Origin: Macrostomum lignano | Taxonomy: Eukaryota | Reading direction: 5' to 3' | Assembly (NCBI GenBank): GCA_002269645.1 | Contig: NIVC01000089.1 | Location: forward strand, 558,001-622,000 | Length of the DNA stretch: 64,000 nucleotides | In this document: in pieces, positions 60,401-64,000 of the stretch | Position numbering within the stretch: position 1 is the stretch's first letter | Layout of the letters: every line of letters begins with the position of its first letter | Notes under the pieces: generated by a model | The model's input: the letters and a program-made list of their open reading frames with translations, nothing else | Databases searched by the model: none | What the model was told of the DNA's origin: nothing | Translations under genes and position numbers: made by a program

Positions 60401-63400
60401 GATCTTAATCAGCAAACCAGCAAACCAGATCCAAAGCCTCCGCAACCCGTGCCACCGCAGCCGCCAAAGCTGCTGCTATTCGGCGAGGAGAACCGGCCGC
60501 TCCGCCTGACGTTGCGTCTCTTCAACCAGCCGCCGATGGAGCGCCCGTTCAGCCGGTCTACCAGCCTTCTTAACTGCCTGCGCTCGGCGCTCTTCCAGCC
60601 CCTGGCACCGACGCCGGACAATCCGGACGCCGCCGAGTCGCCAATCGCGGCCAGGAAGCGCTTCAAAGCGGAGCTGGAGCGACTCGTCGTCTACCTGAAG
60701 CGGTCCAGCGTCTATTCGTCCTACCCGCTTAACAAGAGCGACGAGATCGGGCGCGAACGGTTCAAGCGGAGCCTCGCCGAGCTGGGAATCCGCAACGGCG
60801 ACGCCCTGGTAGTCCGACATAACGCCGAGGCTGCCTCACTGGACAGCCCCGATGGCGGCCGGCTGGAGGGCAACGGTAGCGGCGTCGTCAACGGCGGCAC
60901 GAGAGGCCTCTCCATCGTTGATGTGATCTTCCACCCGGTGAGGTTGCGGTCTTTGCTTCAAAGTTAATAAGTTAAATTAATTAAAGCTCGTATGCATATT
61001 GAATATCCATTCGATTCAACCTAGAAGCTTTTGTGCCCTTAAGTTGGGACTGACATTGTGGTGTTTACCTCAGACTATCTTATTTCGTGAAGCTTCGATC
61101 GTTTCTCTCTGAGTCGCGTCTAACTTGGACCCCAGCGGCCACCAATAGCATCAAGTTTTCCCCACTGTAAACGCATTCTACCCGCCCATTCGCCATTCAT
61201 TCGTTCAGGAGGACAACCTGCCGGACAAGCATCTCACCGTGGAAGTGAAATTCGACAATGTGAGTACCTGACGCTGAGTAGATCAATCTCGTGACATGAG
61301 TTATGTAAGCCCATGCTAACTACGAAAACTCTGCTTGCTTGATGAACAGACCCTGGGCGAGCTCAAGGCCGCAGCGGTGGACCTGCTCAGCAAAGAGCAG
61401 CCCGGCTCGGACGCTGGCAGAGGCGGTTACAGCGGCTACCGGTTACTTGTCTACAGCGACCAGCTGGCCAGCTACTGCCCGGGTATGAGAACAAGATGTT
61501 GCTTTGTCGGGGGTCACAGTGGTGCACAGACTTATGTAGTTAGTTCTCAGGAATTCTAGTTAGTTGGGGCACCGCTGCAAGTCAAGGGGGGAGCAGTAAT
61601 TCCCGTTCCACTGACTCCCTAGCATGCACACGGATATGTACACAAGCGCACCCACACACAGGGTATCGGAGTGTACATCGACCCTGACTTTTTCATCGTC
61701 AGGCATGTACATTAGAATCGCACAACGCACGACAATGCAAAACTAATGCAACCGCACTGTCGGTAACCCTCCCCTTAATTTCCCAAGAGTACGAGAGCGC
61801 TCTGTGCCAGTCGCTGCGCTACAACACCAGGCCGGTGCGCCTGGAGCAGCTGCCAGCCTTCGCCGACAACCAGATCTTCGTGCGAGTCTGCCTGATGGAC
61901 AACTGGCCAGTGCTGCCGCAGCAGAACCACCAGCAGCAATATCAGCAGTCTGCGGCAGTCGAACTAGTTGTGGACGGCGGTCTCGCCACCACTGATCTGC
62001 GCCGACTCGCCGCGTCGTACCTGGTCAGCCCGGAGCTGGTCGATGAGCACCACTTGCGCTTCTACTCGGCCGGCCGGGCGCTGGACGAAATCAAAGAGGG
62101 CAACAGCCTGGCGCACAGCCGCGTCCGGCACCGGGCGAGCCTCTGTCTGGTGCCCGAGGAGCCGCTCCGGCTCGGCCAGCTGCGCCTGCGCGTCTTCGAG
62201 CGACTGCCGTTCGGGCCCGACTGGCAGACGCTGCTGACGGAGCACCCGGACCGGCAGTTCCCGCGCCGCTGCAACCTGGCGGTAGACGAAGCCGGTGGCG
62301 GCCAGTTGGACACGCTTCAACAGGCCCTGGCCAGGTGGCTGGAGCAGTCTCAACCTGGCGAGCGGCGTCAGATGCGGCTGTACAGCTTCCGGCCGGCTGA
62401 GAGCCGCCTGACTGCGCCGCTGCACAAGTTCGTGGCTTCGGGGGTTGACCTCTGATTTGACCTAATTTGCCCCCGTTTAGCAGAGGCACTAAATAAATGA
62501 ACAAAGTTATTTTAGAAAAAAATTTAAGGATTAAGTTAAGGATAGAAATACTGGCGGTAATCCCCGATATCAGCTTCCCCTGTTTGAGCTTCGGGCTTCC
62601 CAGCAACTCACCCGACGGCCTCAGAAACTCACTCTTGAGGCATAGCGTTAACAGTTTACCCTAATCCTAACCCTAACTCTCCACTTGAGCCTTGGTATCT
62701 TAGCAATGACGTTTAGCTACCTAACCTCTCACTATTACCTACATGTACGTACCAACCCATTGACCTATCTACGAGCTCGTTCTTTGACCAGTAAGTGCTC
62801 AGGTTAGAGTTTAGATACTTCGAGGCTACTCATCTAGTTGCTGTGCAACCCCGGCCGCACCGATACTCCTCTAACCTCCCAGGTACAGCAATATTCGGCC
62901 TCTGGCCGACCCCGGCTGCGCCGTGGCCTACGAGCTGCGACCGAGCGGCTCGATGGAGCCGCCGCCTACCTCCCAGCCCGGTGGTCTGCGGATGCTGCTC
63001 TACCTGACAGTGAAGCCAGCAGGCCGACCAGAGGACCAGCAGGCCGACTACCCGCCGCCTGAGGAGTTCTGGTGGGACTGCACCTCCGCCAGCGGCGACG
63101 GTGACGGAGCAGCGGGCCTTCATCGCCAGGTTTGCGCTGCCGGTTCACTGATGACGCAGTATCCTGGGGAGTCCTAAGGAGACGTACAGACACTAAGACA
63201 GACACTTAAGACGGACACTAAGACGGACACTAAGACAGACACTACGACACTAAGATAGACGCTGAGACGGACACTAAGACACTAAGATAGACACTAAGAC
63301 GGACACTAAGACGGACACTAAGACAGACACTAAGACACTAAGATTGACGCTGAGACGGACACTAAGACACTAAGATAGACACTAATACGGACACTAAGAC

Positions 63401-63941
63401 AGACGCTGAGACAGACACTAAGACAGACACTAAGACGGACACTAATACGCTAAGACAGACACTGAGACAGACACTGAGACAGATTGCTCCTCAACATCGT
63501 CAGGTCGCTCGCCATCTCGGCTGGCCGGCTGCCGAAGTCCGCCTGGCGAAGCGGCTGCACCACAGCTGCACCTGGTGGCCGCTTCCGACCACGGCGGCCT
63601 CTCTGCGACGTGGCGCTGACCTGCGCGATTTTGACGTCCTCGGCTGCATGCGGGCCAGCGTGGCGGGCAGCAGCGGCCTCGACCGATTCGAGAGTCCCGT
63701 TGACCTGCGGCTGCTGGCCGAACGAGGTGGAGGCGGCGGCGCGGGCTTCGGCGCGACCTCCCCTTCGGGCGCTGCTGGACCGGCGGCCGGCTGGGGAGCC
63801 GCCAGCCAGGAGCGCGGGTTGGTTATCAATGTGCCGAAGTACGGCACCGCAGGCGGCGGTGGCGGTAGCGGTGGCAGCGGCGGTAAAGAGCGGCCGACAA
63901 GCATCGACCGGGGCATCGGCGCAGCAGAAGGTTCTGACTGA
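54357..63941 (+). CDS. USP40: Ubiquitin-specific protease 40-like (peptidase C19)
   Basis: Predicted exons 54357-54779, 55548-55694, 56076-56234, 56432-56656, 57513-57949, 58235-58817, 59550-59720, 60413-60937, 61209-61259, 61350-61482, 61788-62427, 62883-63129 and 63504-63941, all phase-compatible GT-AG. Cys box GLENQGATCYLNS, QHDVQELSRLL, His box HCGSAMGGHY, WFAFSD and GHECAYMLFYRR resemble USP40. The start codon is uncertain. Confidence 0.85.
54880..55430. repeat. ~30-bp intronic minisatellite (CAAGATCAAGCTCATAAAAATGGGGGAGC)n
   Basis: Tandem array in USP40 intron 1. Confidence 0.92.
55705..55890. repeat. ~20-bp intronic minisatellite (CTAGGAACTCAGTGGCTTT)n
   Basis: Begins just after the donor at 55695. 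Confidence 0.9.
58850..59507. repeat. 12-bp minisatellites (CCCCTGGATCCG)n then (CTCCTAGATCCG)n
   Basis: Intronic arrays that extend the 496-aa ORF artificially (LLDP repeats). Confidence 0.93.
59920..60412. repeat. ~22-bp intronic minisatellite (TTGATCTTAATCAGTCTCACC)n ending at the 3' splice site
   Basis: The last unit supplies the AG at 60411-12. Confidence 0.9.
63185..63482. repeat. Degenerate intronic repeat of AGACACTAAG/ACGGACACTA units
   Basis: Visible low-complexity array in the last USP40 intron. Confidence 0.85.
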
Positions 63942-64000
63942 GCTCGGTACAAAGACCGCTGATGCTCAAATTAAACGCTTCAGATCTTATGGGAATCTAT

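Noticed and set aside
62659-62680. CCCTAATCCTAACCCTAAC telomere-like motif
   Set aside because: Only about three imperfect units in an intron; too short to call an interstitial telomere.

Overview
This is eukaryotic (metazoan) genomic DNA. GC-rich, Ala/Gln-rich exons sit between introns packed with mini- and microsatellites, a style resembling the flatworm Macrostomum (inference only). Host genes reconstructed by reading GT-AG junctions: the 3' part of a thiolase (369-6452, with a 1-nt frameshift), GOLGA7 (7994-9076), a divergent MED25 spread over 28 kb (11818-39927), an IAP-like BIR-UBA-RING gene (minus strand, 44404-46411) and USP40 (54357-63941). Mobile DNA includes a young Ty3/Gypsy element (47314-51734), a LINE RNase H remnant, tRNA-derived SINEs, a non-autonomous hAT element carrying a Tc1 element, and a small hAT MITE holding a 28S rRNA-like fragment. 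The main finding is a ~16.5-kb tyrosine-recombinase (Crypton-like) element (20991-37510) inserted into an (ACAG)n microsatellite in a MED25 intron. Its ends carry 16-bp inverted arms resembling the microsatellite and an iterated 11-bp motif. Its minus strand can be spliced in frame into one ~1,684-aa protein: a basic N-terminus, six copies of a symmetric exon, a DBF4/ASK (Cdc7 kinase activator) homolog with motifs N, M and C, a zinc finger and the tyrosine recombinase. The splicing is predicted from sequence only and needs RNA evidence.
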